From NCBI GenBank assembly GCA_016748015.1, contig JAAOMT010000226.1, positions 850,604 to 914,603 on the forward strand: DNA of 64,000 bases. The letters are read 5' to 3'. The DNA is from Geosiphon pyriformis uo1. Its lineage: Eukaryota; Fungi; Glomeromycota. Each line of letters starts with the position of its first letter. The stretch's first letter is position 1. The notes under the pieces are model-generated. The model was given only the letters and a program-made list of their open reading frames with translations. It did not search any database and was not told the DNA's origin. The position numbers were made by a program, and so were the translations under genes. This document shows, in pieces, positions 50,209 through 64,000 of the stretch.

Positions 50209-52321
50209 ATGGAAGCCACAAATAGTCACCAACTTTCACTTCTTATTGAGACAAATACTAGGCTCCAAAAAGAAAATCAGCAATTAAGACTCCGTATCGA
50301 ACTCTTAGAAAAGGAACTGAGGAAGTTAAATCCTTCGGATAAAAATAGCCTGACGCTCGTGACTCAATCGTCTAATAGTCTATCAACTGGGACTATTTCT
50401 TCACTCAATAATGATAGTCTCTCTCTTACTGAATATTTGCGATATGGACGGCAATTGATCCTCTCAGGTTTTGGAATTGCAGGTATAAATACTTTAAAGT
50501 ATATTGCTGTTTCTGCGACTGTTTTATCTTCTTTTCAAGTTTTCTGTGACCTTTAGGCCAAATAAAACTAAAATCGAGCTCATTTCTCATTGTTGGAGCT
50601 GGTGGTTTGGGTTCACCAGTTGCAATATATCTGGCGGCTAGTGGCGCTGGTAGGAAAACTTTATTTGTAATTTTTCACATAAATTTTATTCCATCACTCA
50701 TCATATTTTGATTTAAGGTCGTTTGGGCATTATAGATTATGATATAGTGGAAATCTCTAATCTTCATCGCCAGATTATTCATAATGAATCAAGGACAGGA
50801 GTATCAAAAGCTCAGTCGGCAAAAATGACAGTCGAAGGGTATTTTAAGGGATCATAACGGTCCACCCTTATTTCTTTTTTTAAATTTATCTTATCATGCC
50901 AAGTTTTATCTTCAAAGCCTAAACACTTCGGTCGAATGCATCGCATATGATGTTCTTTTGGATAGTTCCAATGCATTATCGATAATCGAAAAGTAAGTTT
51001 TTATAATTGATTGATTTTCCGAAATTTGCCATTTTTAAATCAATATATAATATTTTAGGTACGATATAATAATTGACGCATCAGACAATGTGGCTACGCG
51101 TTACCTTGTCAATGATGCCTGTGTAATAGCAGGCAAACCTCTGATATCTGGCAGTGCGCTGCGTACAGAGGGTCAGCTGACAATATATAATTATAGAAAT
51201 GGTCCTTGTTATCGCTGTCTATATCCGCAACCTCCTCCGCTTGAGACTATTACTAATTGTGCAGATGGAGGAATTCTGGGAGTGGGTTAGTCTCTCTTCA
51301 TCATTGTCCAAGAGAAATAATCAGAAATTTTATGTAATTATTTTTGATTTCATCAGTAACTGGAGTAATTGGATGCTTACAAGCTTTAGAGGCTATTAAG
51401 ATAGCCACCAATATGAATGGTGAGGAAAAGACTTACAAAATATCATTGAATTTGCATTATTTGTTAACAATTCGTTGAATTTTCTCACTTATATTAGGAG
51501 AATCATATTCCAACAATCTTCTTCTTTTCTCGGCGACATCCTATCCAGCTTTTCGTAGCATCAAATTGCGTTCCAGAAAATTGGATTGTGCTATTTGTGG
51601 GAATGATCCCTCGGTATTGAAACTGCAAGACTACGTTCAATTCTGTGGAAGTGGTGCATTAGACAAGGTTCTTCATCTTTTTTACTATAATTTCGCCCTT
51701 ATTCGAGACTTATGCAACGATTTTGGAAAAGTCGATCCCAGTGAATCTACTCGAAGATAAAGAGCGGATTAAACCCAAGGTATTAAGAGCTTTGTCCCTT
51801 CATTTTTTTGGTTTTTATTGATTAATATAGGAATTTTTAGGACTACGCGATGATCCGTGATCAAAAAATTCCTCATCTTTTGCTTGATGTCCGTGAGCCA
51901 ATTCAGTTTGAAATTTGTCGATTAAAGGGATCCATAAGTGAGTAGATCATTCTCAAATAAATTTCCTCTTATAATGTGAAACCGAATATCGCAAAGTTCT
52001 CATATATTCTTATTACGCCAAGATATTCCCCTTCGAAATCTACCTTGCAGATTAGATGAAGTGAACGATTTATTGCCCACTAAAGTATCCCCAGGTAATC
52101 TTGCAAAGTTTTATCATGCGATCTTGCTTTTTTAACCCTGTTTGCCTTGAACCAATTACTGATTTCATTCTTTTGAAGTTTATGTAATTTGCCGATTAGG
52201 CAATGACTCTCAGCATGCTGTGTCTCTATTACGAGGAATTACTGGAGGTGATGTAAAAGATGTTATTGGCGGTTATTTTCAATGGACGAAAGAAGTGGAT
52301 CCATATTTTCCTATTTACTAA
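50209..52321 (+). CDS. UBA4: Adenylyltransferase/sulfurtransferase (ThiF + rhodanese), MOCS3 ortholog
   Basis: [87 protein letters not shown]. Confidence 0.95.
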
Positions 52322-52799
52322 AGTAGCCTTGATCAGTCGTGAGGATTTTATATATTCTTTTGAGACTTCCCGAGATTTCCTTCGAGGGCTCTACATAGTC
52401 TCAATGCGTTACGATGCACTAACATCAATTGGGATACACAATTTCTGTTTCTCTCGCATCAAGTTTTGATTAAACTATGAGAAAGTGATAAAAAGGCCTC
52501 GGCACATCAATTGAAAATTGATGCCCATGCTTTTGAAAAACTCGCGTACTATCAGGGAAAGTGAGGGTATCCTTGCTGTGAGCGACATTGAATTCCTAAC
52601 AAGTAGTAAGGAATCAGTTGAAGAAAGTTGACAGGTTTGAACAAGGCATTTGTGAAAAGAATTGGTTGTGTGAAAAAGAGCTTTTTATGGAAGAGTGGTG
52701 CGCTAGTTCTCTTTGTTAAATACATAACTGACAATTAAAAAACTTAAAACAGTAATTTAAATCATAAAGATCTGGCCAATATCATGATCCACTGAAAAA

Positions 52800-54300
52800 G
52801 TTATGAGTCATTCTTATTTTTAAAGTATTTTATTAATTATAATGTATTGATAAAAACCACTTTAACAAAAAAGTATTAATTTTTATTAAAATTTAAATTA
52901 TAACTTTTGTGTAATTAATTACTTATAACAATTTAGATTATTTTTAATACCATTAAAACAAAATCTGTTTAAATTTAAAATTTTTTGCTTAAAAGCCTGA
53001 ATTTTATTCAATAATTTTAATATTGTAAATAATACAATATTTAAAAACAAATAATATTTATTAATTTAAATATTATTATAAAAATCTTGTTTTTTTATTT
53101 TAATATTGTTTTAATTTTAATGTTGAATTTTTTGATAAATATTTTAAATTAATATTTAATTTTGATTTTTAAAAGTTTAATTTTTTAAATAACAAAATTT
53201 CTTATTTTAAAATTTTTAATTTTTAATTATTTTTTTATTATGTTTTAACAAAATATAGCTTTATTATTATTTAAAATAACAAAACAAATTATTGTCTTAA
53301 CTAAATATAATTTGTGTATTTTTTATATATAATTACTTATTTAAGCTGTTTAAGATTAAACTAAATTAAATTTACAAAAAAAAATTTATTTAAAAATATT
53401 ATAAATATAATAATAACTAAATTTTTATTTTTAATAATTAAAATCATTAATTATTTAGCAGTTTTACTTAATATTAAAATTTTTGTAATTTTTAAAAAGT
53501 TAATTAATTTATTAAAATATTTTTTACAAATAAAAAAAACTGTATTTATATTAAATATAATATTATTAAATTTATGATTTATATTGTATTTTATCTTAAA
53601 ACTTATTGTTTTTTTACTTTTTAATAACTTTTTTTAAAATATTAAAGCTTTTTTTAATTCTAAATTCTTTTTTATATTAATATTTACAAAAAATAAAATA
53701 TTAATCAATTTTATAAAAAAACTAAAAACTAATAAACTTAACAATAAATTTAATTAATAAAACCAACTTAGTCAATTTAAATTTAAAAAACCAATTTAAA
53801 ACTAATTACAGAATCAACAATAATAACAACCAAAAAAGCAATGATTTTAACATAAAATTTTGTATTAGTAAATATTAAAGCTAAAATTAAATAAAAATTT
53901 TAAAAAAAAATATCTTAAAAATCAAATAATTTTTAATTTTAATACTTAAAATAATATTAATAAGTAAAAGTTTTTTATTAAATATAATTTTTTTTAATAT
54001 ATTAGTTTTAATAATAATAATATTTAAAATAGTTTTTAATTAAAAATAATAATTACAATTGAATTTAACAGTACAAAAAATATAATAAATTTGATTTTAA
54101 AAATTAAAAAACTGATTTTAAAAATGATATAATCAAAAAACAATTAATTAATTTGGCTTAAAAATATTATATAATATAATAAAAATAAAAAACTTCTTTT
54201 TTTTTTACTTCCAAAAATCCTTAAAAAATATATTTTCTGAAAAAGAAGTTTTTTTATTTTTTTTTGTTAGTTTATATCAATATTTCTTTATCTAATAACC
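52800..54300. other. Extremely AT-rich degenerate tract
   Basis: Very few G/C, no ORFs; abuts the LINE 5' end. Confidence 0.7.
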
Positions 54301-54337
54301 TATTTATCATAAATTTGGAGGCTATTACAATAGCATC

Positions 54338-57300
54338 ATGTCTAAAAAAAGATACCCAAAGATGCTTTTTATGATTCTGTTAGTAGTTTTTTTTCTCAAA
54401 AGAAAAAAGTTGTCCTTGAAAATATCAAACACTCTAATAATAATAAAAATATCTTTTTAAGTAAATCTGAGTTTAATAATAGCATATATTCTGATGTAAA
54501 TAGTCTATTTGGTGATGATAAGGATGTTAGCATATCTGGTGTGAATAATAGATCTCTTTTGAACTTGGCTGCTACTACATCTAAGATAAAGTGTATTAAT
54601 ACTAGTGCTGTCTTTGATTTTCTACTTGGTTTTCCTAATTTTAGTATAAATGATAATGAAGTTGTTCTCTCTCCTTACTTGTTTATCTTTCTAAACAAGA
54701 AGTAGATTAACCCAAAAATTATCAAAACTTTAGTAAAAGTGTTGGTCAAGAAGTTTTTTGCTTTGAATATTAATTTCTTAGCTGTAGAAGAGAAATCAGC
54801 AGCAGCAAAAACTCAGTTTATTAGAAAATTATTTTTATCTATCAATGGTTTTGGGAGGGCCACTACCTCCTCAAAATTTGAAAGGATTATCTAATCTACC
54901 TTTACTTTAGAAAAAAGCATAAAAATGGCTGCTTTATTGACCAGAAAAAAAGAGATCAATGTAAACAGTAATTTTAAAAAACAAAAAATGAGGTCAGATT
55001 GGGCTGTGGTAATCAAAAAAATTCTCATAAACACACCTAAAGATATAATTGTTACTGCAGTATCTAAATTTGGGGAAATTAAGTCAATCAAAATTCAATT
55101 AATTAGAATATGACAAAAAGTTGTAGTGAAATTTGCCAAATTAGATCAAGCTAATTAGTTGGTTTCAAAATAATTATTCCTAATTGAAAAAGATTCTGTG
55201 CATGTAGCCAAGACTGTGAGAGATCATAAGACTTGAATATTTAAGGATTGGTTTAGAGCACTTTTGTTTACTTTACTAGTAGGAACAACTGTACATGATC
55301 TTAGGACTTTTTTAGAAAAAGCTGGTAAAAAAACTTGTGTTATTAATAGATCTATAGAAACTAGTAATAGAATTTGCTGTGCTGTAATTGGTTTTGACTC
55401 TTGGAATCTGTTTTTTGTACAGAGCCAATCTTCAGTGGAGTAAAACTCTCTTGGACTAGGATGAATTTGGTTTGTTGTGAGAAGTGTGGGCATTTTGGAC
55501 ATTCAGCTTTCGAATATGATGTATTAGATGTATTTATGCTACTATTATCAAAGAAATCCTATAAAAGAATTGCTTCTGAAGGAGTTCGCTTTTAGCTTGC
55601 CAGTTGTATGAAAAAAAAAGTATCCCAATCTCTTGTCCTGCTGTCTTTGGTGGCAAATCTTGGGCCCAAATGGTCTTACTTGCTGGTTTTTCTGATGGTT
55701 GTTGCTTTAGTTTTGGTTTTGGTTCTTCTTCTTCTGGTGTTTTAAGCTTGAGTGGTATTCTTTCTCCTATTTCTGTTGATAACTCTTTCTTGTGTGCTTA
55801 TTTGGCCTTCTTGGAATATTTCTTAGAACTTTTAATAGATCAAGTTTCTGGTATTATATACAAGCTCAGCAATTTGAAATTAATGCCTCAGGCTTCTCTT
55901 CTTTTCTTTCTAGTTTTGGCTACTCCAATGGCTGCCAAGTTGGATTTGAGTTCAACAATAATTTTGGATGGCTTTGAGCTGGTGTTTCTGCCTCCTTCTT
56001 TCATTGTCTTTGATGTCTCAGTTCTGAGTCTGAGTAGTTTGAAAGTGCTAATTACTAAAGTGGGCTTTTTAGAATTTAAGTTAGTGGCTCTCAATGCTTC
56101 TATTAGTTTAGTGTTGGTAAAGTTAGATCAGTTGTATGTGGGATTAGATTCTCAAATGTCTTTTTTTTCCCAATGAGTAATTTGATCTGAAAAGTTGCTA
56201 TGTACAATGTTTGTGGTATTAATATACCAGCTAAGTATAAAAATGTTGTGTGTTGACACATGAACTCTGATAATATGATTTTAATAATTACAGAAACAAA
56301 ATTGAGGTTTAGTATTATGTCTTAGATTATGAACAAATTTGATGGTGTGTAGGTGTTTACATCTGGTTTGAATAATGATTTTTTTGGTGTTGGAGTGGTG
56401 ATTATTATAAACAATTCCTTGATTTGATATGTCTTCAAGATTAAAAAGATGCCTGGTCATGTTATTTCAGTTCAGTTTTTTTTTAGAAGCAAGCTTTTGG
56501 TTATGGTTTTAGGCTTGTATACTGGTGTTTCTGCTAAAACTAAGTTTGGTCAGACAGCTGAAATTAATTTTTTTATTGAAAGGGTAGTTAATACCAGTAC
56601 TTTTGTGGTCTTAGATGGGTATTTTAATGAGAATAGTTCTAAGAAAAGTGCAAGCTTTCGATTTTGTTTGGATTTGGATTTGGTCAATTCACTTGAAGAT
56701 CATTATTTGGCCAAAGCTTCTATATGGAGTAATTCAAAAGGAGTTAAGAAGATTATTAACTACATTTTTGTCAGTAAGTATTTATCATCAGCAATTGCTA
56801 ATCATAAAGTTGCTTCTGCTTCTGATTTTTTTGATACTGATTACAAAGTAGTTATAGTGTCAATCAGTTTGAGTAGACTTTTGGATTTTCATTTGAATGA
56901 TTTGTGCAAACAAATTAACAGAGATTGTTGAAAGTTTAAGATTGCTGATGTAAATGCTCTCAAATGGGTGTGTTTTAAAGAGTGTGTTTTTGTCAAGTTT
57001 TTTTCCATAATCAATAAGTTCTCAATTGCAAATACTGGTGGAGATCTTGATACTATGTAGAATTTACTGGTAAAAGTAATGGTAAATTTGGCTGATAATG
57101 TGTTTTCTAAACATTAATTCCATAATGTCAATTGTTCTTTCAACAAACAATCTTCTAAGTTTTTTAAGCTGGAACTGCTGGTTGCCAAATTGGTTAAGTT
57201 TTTTTAATTTGGTGATTTCTCTAAGACTGAATTACTGCTTGGTGCTTGGTTAATTGCTGATAGAGTTAAGGCTTTAAAAATTCAGAACATGTTAAGTAAT

Positions 57301-60300
57301 AGCACTAGCAGTATGGATATTTTTAGTTGCTTGTCCAGAATTTGAAAAAGTTACCATTGTTCTAAGATGCATGAATCTAAAGTTGCTCAGTCTGCTGTTA
57401 TTAAATGTGCCATTGATAAGAGAATAGAAAATTTTTGCTTGGACAAAAGTCATATGATTAAGAGTATATTGGATAAGCCATTTTGTAAAATGGTTCTTAA
57501 CTATTTAATTGTTGATAACAAATTGGTTTTAAATTTCGACAATATTAAATTTAAGATTGATGCTATAATGAAGAGGTAAACCAGAAAGCATTCATTTTCT
57601 GGGTTTTTGTTTGATCTTTGGGCCCACCAATATGCTTCTTTACAGCATGTAGATAACAATGCTTTTTCTGATATCATGGCTGTTGTTAGTTTTAATGATC
57701 TGATTCAAGTTGTTAAACACTTACCATATGAAAAAGCTGCTGGTCTCAGTGGTATTCCTAATGAATTGTGGAAATATTGTAGTGATAATGTTTTCAGAAG
57801 TTTTTTGGATCTTTTGAATTTGTGTTTAAAGTTAAGTGCTGTTTCACTTTTGTGAAAGAGGGCATAGATTTCAATAATACCCAAATCTTATGAATAGAAT
57901 GATATCTTAACGAATACTCATCTTATTGCACTGGTTGAGACTGCTTGTAAAATTTTTTCTAAAATTTTTTCAGATCAGATCTCTTTTGTCTGCAGTAAAT
58001 TCGGTGTTTTCTATGAAAATAACTTCTCAGTCTTGAAGGATATGCACAAAGCATATGATTCAGTTAGGTGGCATCACTTAAGAGCTAGTTTGTAGTGTAT
58101 TAAAATGTGTGAAAGATTTATTAAATTTTTTGGTGGAATTTATAAGAATAGGCTAAACAGAGTTATGACTGATTTTGGCCTTTTAGATAAATATTGGGTT
58201 TTTGATGGTCTTGATTAAGGTAAGGTGTTTTTTCCTCTTTTTTGGTAAATTTTTTATGAACCTCTTCTGTGTAAAGTTAAAAAACAGAAAAGTTTATGTG
58301 GTTACTGGTTTGATATTATGTTTGTGACTAAAACAGAAAAGATTAATAATATAGATGGAATGACTTTTTTTTTTACAGCTGAAGCTTTTGTGAATAATAC
58401 TATCTGGATTGGAAATAGTCAGGCTACTACACAATTTATATTGGACATTGCCAGTAAATTCTTCTCAATTAATAACATTTTAATTAATAATGACAAAATG
58501 ATTGTCATTTTTATTAATAGAAAGGTTAAAGATGCTGTTCTCAAAATTAGTGGGTCCCCTATTTCAATTGCCAAGTGTGGTGTACCTTACAGATACTTGG
58601 ATATCTTTTTGTCTACTGATAGTTTATTCAAGTCTAGTTTGGCTAAAGTTCAGTCTAATGTCAAGTTTTTTTTAATATAATGTTAAGAAAGACAATTTTG
58701 AATAAGCAGTTTTTGTATTTGGTCTTGGCAGTTTTATAGCTTATTGTTGGCTACCACATTCAGTTTAGTTTTATCTTTTTTGCTGTTTGCCAGTATTGGA
58801 ATGCTTTGGTTAGGAAAGATTTTAAGTTAAAAGCTGAATTGTCATGTGATTTTCCAAGTAAAGTACTGTATTATTTTTTTATTTTTTGTTGTATGGTCTG
58901 AAAATGTTTGAGCAGATTCAAGTTGAAGAGAAGTTAGCTTTGGTTGTTGTTTTTGCTAATGCTTCTGGAATTTTTGGTCAGTTTTTTGAACACAGATTTC
59001 TGGATTTACAGATTTTGGACTAGGCTCTTTTGAATCTTTTACAATATCTGGTGCAGTTGCATGTTAGTCCTTTAAACAATTTTTTGGCTGAAATTGTGCA
59101 TGTTTTTTTAGACAATAGTATTTCTATGGCAAACAATTTGCCTTGTGCTTTTTATTATTCTGGCAAATTTTCTGTTTTGAATGTCTTAAAGCAATTATTG
59201 TATTATAATTATGTTAGTTCCTTAAAGAGATTTGGTATGACTTTCTGTAACAGATTTTTAGACAAATGTAACAAAGTTCTATATTGAAAAATATTCCTAT
59301 ATTGGAAGAGATTAAACCCTAGGAAATCTGTGCCTTCTTAATTTGTTTTGGTGTCAAAGTTTTTGCATGATTCTGTGCTCACATTAGCATTTCTCTACAG
59401 AGATTTTATGTTGGATGTTAATAATGTTTTGTTGTCTAATCAGCTTTTTGATATTAAAAATGGCCTGCTTAAAATCTGGTCAAATATTTTTACTGTGTAT
59501 ATGAATAATTCTTTGAAAGAACTTGGTTTTGTTGATGTGGCTGAAGGTGCTGCTGTATTTTTTCCTAAAATTAATTTGGGTATTGGAGTTAGGGTTGTTA
59601 GGCTTTTGTTTTCTATGATGACTGAATTATAAGCTGTTACATTGGCTCTGGAATGCATGCCCTCCTTCTGTTTAGTAGTAGTATATTTGGACAGTTAAGA
59701 TGTATTAGATGCATGTGTCTTGAAATTAAAGTTACCTGGTCATAATTTTCATAATAGTTGTTGAATAGAAAGAAAACATATTGCAAATTTGATTGTTAAT
59801 AAAAACATTTTTGTGGTTTGATCAAAAGTCAAGGGCCACTCAGAAGTTTTGAATAATGTTTGCACAGATGCTCTAATGGGAAGAGCTGCTCACTCTTCTT
59901 TGCTATTGCCAACTAATGCATGTAAATACTTTATTGTGGCTAATAGTCTGCTGGTTTCTGGTAATATTTGTTATTTTGTTCAGAATATTTTTAGGTTAAT
60001 TAATTGGGTGCATTAAGAAATTAGTTCTGGTTTTAGAGTTTTAGGTGGTTTTTCAGTTCATGATGTTAATTGGGTCTATACTGCAACAGTTTGGCATCCT
60101 AATTTACACATGTTATTAAAGTTTATAAACAAAACTTTTGCTAGCTTGTGCACTTATTTTATAAAGGCTGTTTATAAAAAACTGTCTGTTGCTGTTAGAA
60201 AGAGACTTTAGAACAAATGTTATTCTGGTGTTTTATGTTTGCATTGTGGAAAAGTTGAGTTCTTTAATTATGTGTTTACATGTTGTAAAAAGTTTGTTTT

Positions 60301-61700
60301 TTGCAAGACAATTTTGTTTAAGTGTATTTCATGTTGAAGGTTTCTGACTGATTCTTATCTTCTCACCCTTTCTGTGGTTGTGAAATCTCTTTTTTCATGT
60401 TTATCTGATATTAGTTTGTATGCTCTTCTTTGCAAGAACTATGTGCTTGTAAGATGATTTAAAAAAACAGTGCAGATTTTCAATAATCATAAGAAAACTA
60501 CCCAAATTTGGTTGATTTTGCACATGGTTTGGATGTTTAACATTATTCTGCATTGTGGGAATTTAGGTCTAAGTTTAGGATAAATATGGAGAGAGATAAT
60601 TTAGTTGGTGATTCAGAGGTAATGCCTATAGTGTCTGTTGGCTTAATGCTGGTTTTATTAGATGATATAGTTAGATTGATGGTGTTATAGTTTAAGAATT
60701 TAATAAAAATTATAAATAATATAAATTAGTCAATTATGAAATAGCACAGCAACAATTTATAAAAAGAAAAAGAAATGATTTACAAATAACAGCAAGCACT
60801 ATTTTACAATAGCAACAAGCACTATCATGTAAAAGCAGCAAGCACTATTTAGAAATAATAAAAATAGAGTATTACAAGACGTTATTTTGTAAAACAATAA
60901 TTATATATATATACAATAGTTTTTAATGATGAAGAATCTAATAGTTTCAACTAAAAGCAACAAATATCTAAATAAATTCTTATTCAAAAAGAATTGATAA
61001 AAATAATAAATTAAATTAACATCACATTTATAAGATTAACAATAAAATTCACATCTTCTCTAACAAATAAAACTATTATTCTATTTTTGAATTCTTTGAA
61101 AGAATAATTCTTGATTAAGATTATTTACATGGTTACTAATTAAATTAAAAAAGCTTTATTATATACTTAAAGAAATCACAAAAAAACCATTAATATTCCG
61201 TGTTTTTAAATTAGAAAAACACATCAAGCAATTGCAAGGATAGCCTCAAAGAAAACTTTAAACAGCAAGTAAATTTCAGATTAGCCTCTGGAAAGAAGTA
61301 CACAACATACAAAGACAACTAAAATTAAAAAAAAGACTTACATCACAACATCAAGAGAAAATTTTCAGTATATTATCATTAATATCTAACACATAAAATC
61401 AAAGAACTCATAAGAGACTGATTGCAATTAAAATAGAATATCAACAATTAAAATATACCAAGAAAACCCTCCTGTAACAATGGATATTAATAATTTATTT
61501 AAAATTAGTTTTGGTTTCTGCAAATCTTGCTTGTTTTTTTCTGGCTTAGGTAGTAAAATTTCTGTTTATATAGAGGCTTAGTGTTGCTTTAATTAGTCTG
61601 AATAACTGGTTATATATGGTAAATACATAAATTGCATCTAGTTAGAGTTTATAGTTTTGACTTTATATACTAGATAATGATTGAACTATATTCATAAAAC
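54338..61700 (+). mobile_element. Degenerate non-LTR (LINE) retrotransposon: ORF1 + ORF2 (APE endonuclease, RT, RNase H, Cys motif)
   Basis: ORF1 from 54338 with RRM-like segment and CEKCGHFGH knuckle. ORF2 from 56173: NVCGIN, ITETKL, DGYFNE, INYIFVS, DTDY (APE); KAAGLSGIPNE, DMHKAYDSV, AFVNNTIW (YADD position), YRYLDIF (RT); VYMNNSLK, TEL, DS, KVKGHS (RNase H). Many stops. 3' boundary approximate. Confidence 0.88.
60683..61479. mobile_element. ~800-bp TGT..ACA insertion (solo LTR or non-autonomous element) nested in LINE ORF2
   Basis: Ends tgttatag / ctgtaaca; ATGG duplicated at 60679-60682 and 61480-61483; removal restores the LINE reading frame. Confidence 0.78.
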
Positions 61701-64000
61701 ATTAAATAAAAATAATATAATATTTATTTTTTAATTAAACACCAAAAAATTTAATACTATTTTTTCATTAAAATTAATTAAACTAAAACAAATATAACAA
61801 CAATATAAAACTTAAAATAAACAATAATATATTGTTTAATACTAATAAATTTCAACATAATATTAAAAATTTTACTAAAAACATTAAAAATATTTTTAAA
61901 ATTATTAATTAAAATATTTTTAAAAATTATTAAAAACTTAACAATCTTAAAAATAAACAAAAAAAGTAATCTAACCAATTTAATTTGTATAATAACATTT
62001 AAAAAACTTAATATTATCTTTAATTATTAATTATAAATCAAAAAAAAACTATATAAAAACTAAAATATAGTTTTAACATAAATTATTTTAATCTTTGCAA
62101 TTTTATTAAATATTAAAATAAATATTATTAGAAACAGTATTTTTAAAAAACAAAAAAATGCTTTAGTATTCTAATTAATTTAATTTTTAAAATTAGATAA
62201 TTTAATAAATTAATTATTTAAAGTTATATAAAACAACATAATTTGTTTAATTTTTAAAACTAAAAATGATTAACTAAAATTTAATAGATTAAGCAATTCA
62301 ATTATGTATTAATTAAAACTAGTTTTAACAAATATATTATTGCTATTAATATTTAAAAAAAATAACTGTTGTTTATAACGAAATTTAAATTGAATATTAT
62401 AATTGATATAATTATAAAATCGATATAAATATTAAAAAAACCAAGTAAAGTTAATATTTTATTTTTTATAAAAAGAAACAAACTTTAAAATATAAATAAT
62501 ACTCTAAAAATACCAAAAAATAACTTTTTTTAAGTATTTTAAAAAATTAATAATTTTAAAAAAAGAAAAAAAGTTGTTTCTTTACTCTTTTAATTTTTTT
62601 GGTTATTTAAATAAATATAAAAAAAATAATAAAAGAAAGCTTGTTAAAAATTCTAAATTTTTTATAGAAATAACAACTATATAAAAACTAGTTTTAATTA
62701 GCTATTTAAAAAAAATTATAAAAAAAATTTTTAACCAAAAACAAAATTAGTTTATTACTATTTTATTTAAAAATTATTCTTATAGAATATTATTAAACAA
62801 TTTTAACAATTATAAATGCTTTATTAATAAAAATATTATTAAATATTTTAGAAAATAAAAGAATTGCAATTTTTTTACTCTTTGTTTTAAATGTAATTAT
62901 AAAATACAAAAAAAAAAGCTTTTTTTTTAATTATTTTAAAACTTTTATTAATTTTATAAATATTTAAAAAATAATATTAAATTAACAATTATAAGATCAT
63001 ATTTGTTTATAAATTTTTTTTTATGTTTTTATAATTATAAGTAAAACAAAAAATAAAAAAAGGCAAAATTTTTTTTATTGCTGCTTAAATAATTAAAAAA
63101 ACAAAAAAACAAAATCTTTTTTTTTCAAACTTAAAACAAACAACTTTTTTGAATTATTAATAAAAATATTTTTTAATGTTTTTTAAAATAGTATTTTGTT
63201 TTAAAATCTGTCTTTTTTTTTATAAAAAATGAAACATTAACTTTTTTTGCTATTTTTACCAATTTTGTTATAATTACTGTAATTATAATTTCTATTATTA
63301 ATTTGTTTATAAATAATTATTTTTTTAATTTAAATAATATTATTAATAATATATTATTGAAGTTAGTTTTAATTAATATATAATTAAATTGCTTAATATT
63401 TTAAATTTTAGTTAATTATTATTAATTTTAAAGCAAAACAAGATATATTTTTATATATAATTTTTATCAATTAATTTATTAAGTTATTTAATTTCAAAAA
63501 TTAAATTAATTAAATAGAAATAAATTTTTTTTTTGTTTTTTAAAAATATTGCTAGTTTTATTAATATTTAAAAAAAAGTTATTAATTAATAAAAGTTTTA
63601 TTAATAGATAGTTTTTATTTAATATTTAATAAAATTATTAAAATTAAATTAATTTATGTTAAAACTATTATTACAAATAATATAACTTTTAGTGTTTAAT
63701 TATGTAATATTAAACTTTAAAAGTTTTGGTATTTTGAAGATTTTTATAGTATTAAAAAATTTTAAGAATTTTTTCTAAGTAATTTATTTGTAAAAATATT
63801 TTTTATAAAAAATAAAATATTTAAGTTTTTTTTTATGAAATAATATTATTAATAGTTAATAATTAATTGGTTTATTATAATTTTTAATTGAATTTAATTT
63901 ATATTATTCAATTATAATTAATAAAATCTATTTAAAATTAATTCTAAAGTGTATTTTCTCTTTTATTTAACTATTATAATATAAAATTACTTATTAATCA
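61700..64000. other. Extremely AT-rich degenerate tract
   Basis: Very low GC, no credible ORF. Confidence 0.7.

Noticed and set aside
1-64000. tRNA, rRNA, or bacterial/endosymbiont-derived segments
   Set aside because: No cloverleaf or rRNA-like sequence was recognised by eye, and all host genes called carry spliceosomal introns. tRNAscan-SE/Infernal would be needed to exclude small RNAs.

Overview
Eukaryotic, very AT-rich, intron-dense fungal DNA. The gene style and transposon types point to Glomeromycotina, possibly Geosiphon-like; this is inference, not a database result. The window has three zones. (1) ~1-43 kb is accessory and rich in secreted or membrane proteins: two class-3 lipase-fold genes whose nucleophile Ser is Gly, a gamma-glutamylcyclotransferase-like gene, two paralogous 2-TM proteins whose pre-TM2/TM2 segment resembles DEG/ENaC/ASIC channels, a degenerate PARP-type ADP-ribosyltransferase-fold gene, a GPI-anchored Ser/Thr-rich protein, a GH18-TM-SH3 receptor-like protein, a 7-TM protein, an F-box protein, and a full-length but decayed Ginger2-type DNA transposon. 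(2) ~43.8-52.3 kb is a compact housekeeping block: PDI-like, prefoldin 2, and alanine-glyoxylate aminotransferase head-to-head with UBA4. (3) ~52.8-64 kb is a decayed repeat zone: a LINE with an RNase H domain, interrupted by a TGT..ACA insertion and flanked by extremely AT-rich DNA. All exon structures were assembled by eye from GT-AG signals and reading frame and need RNA-seq confirmation. The strongest leads are the DEG/ENaC-like 2-TM pair and the GH18-TM-SH3 protein.
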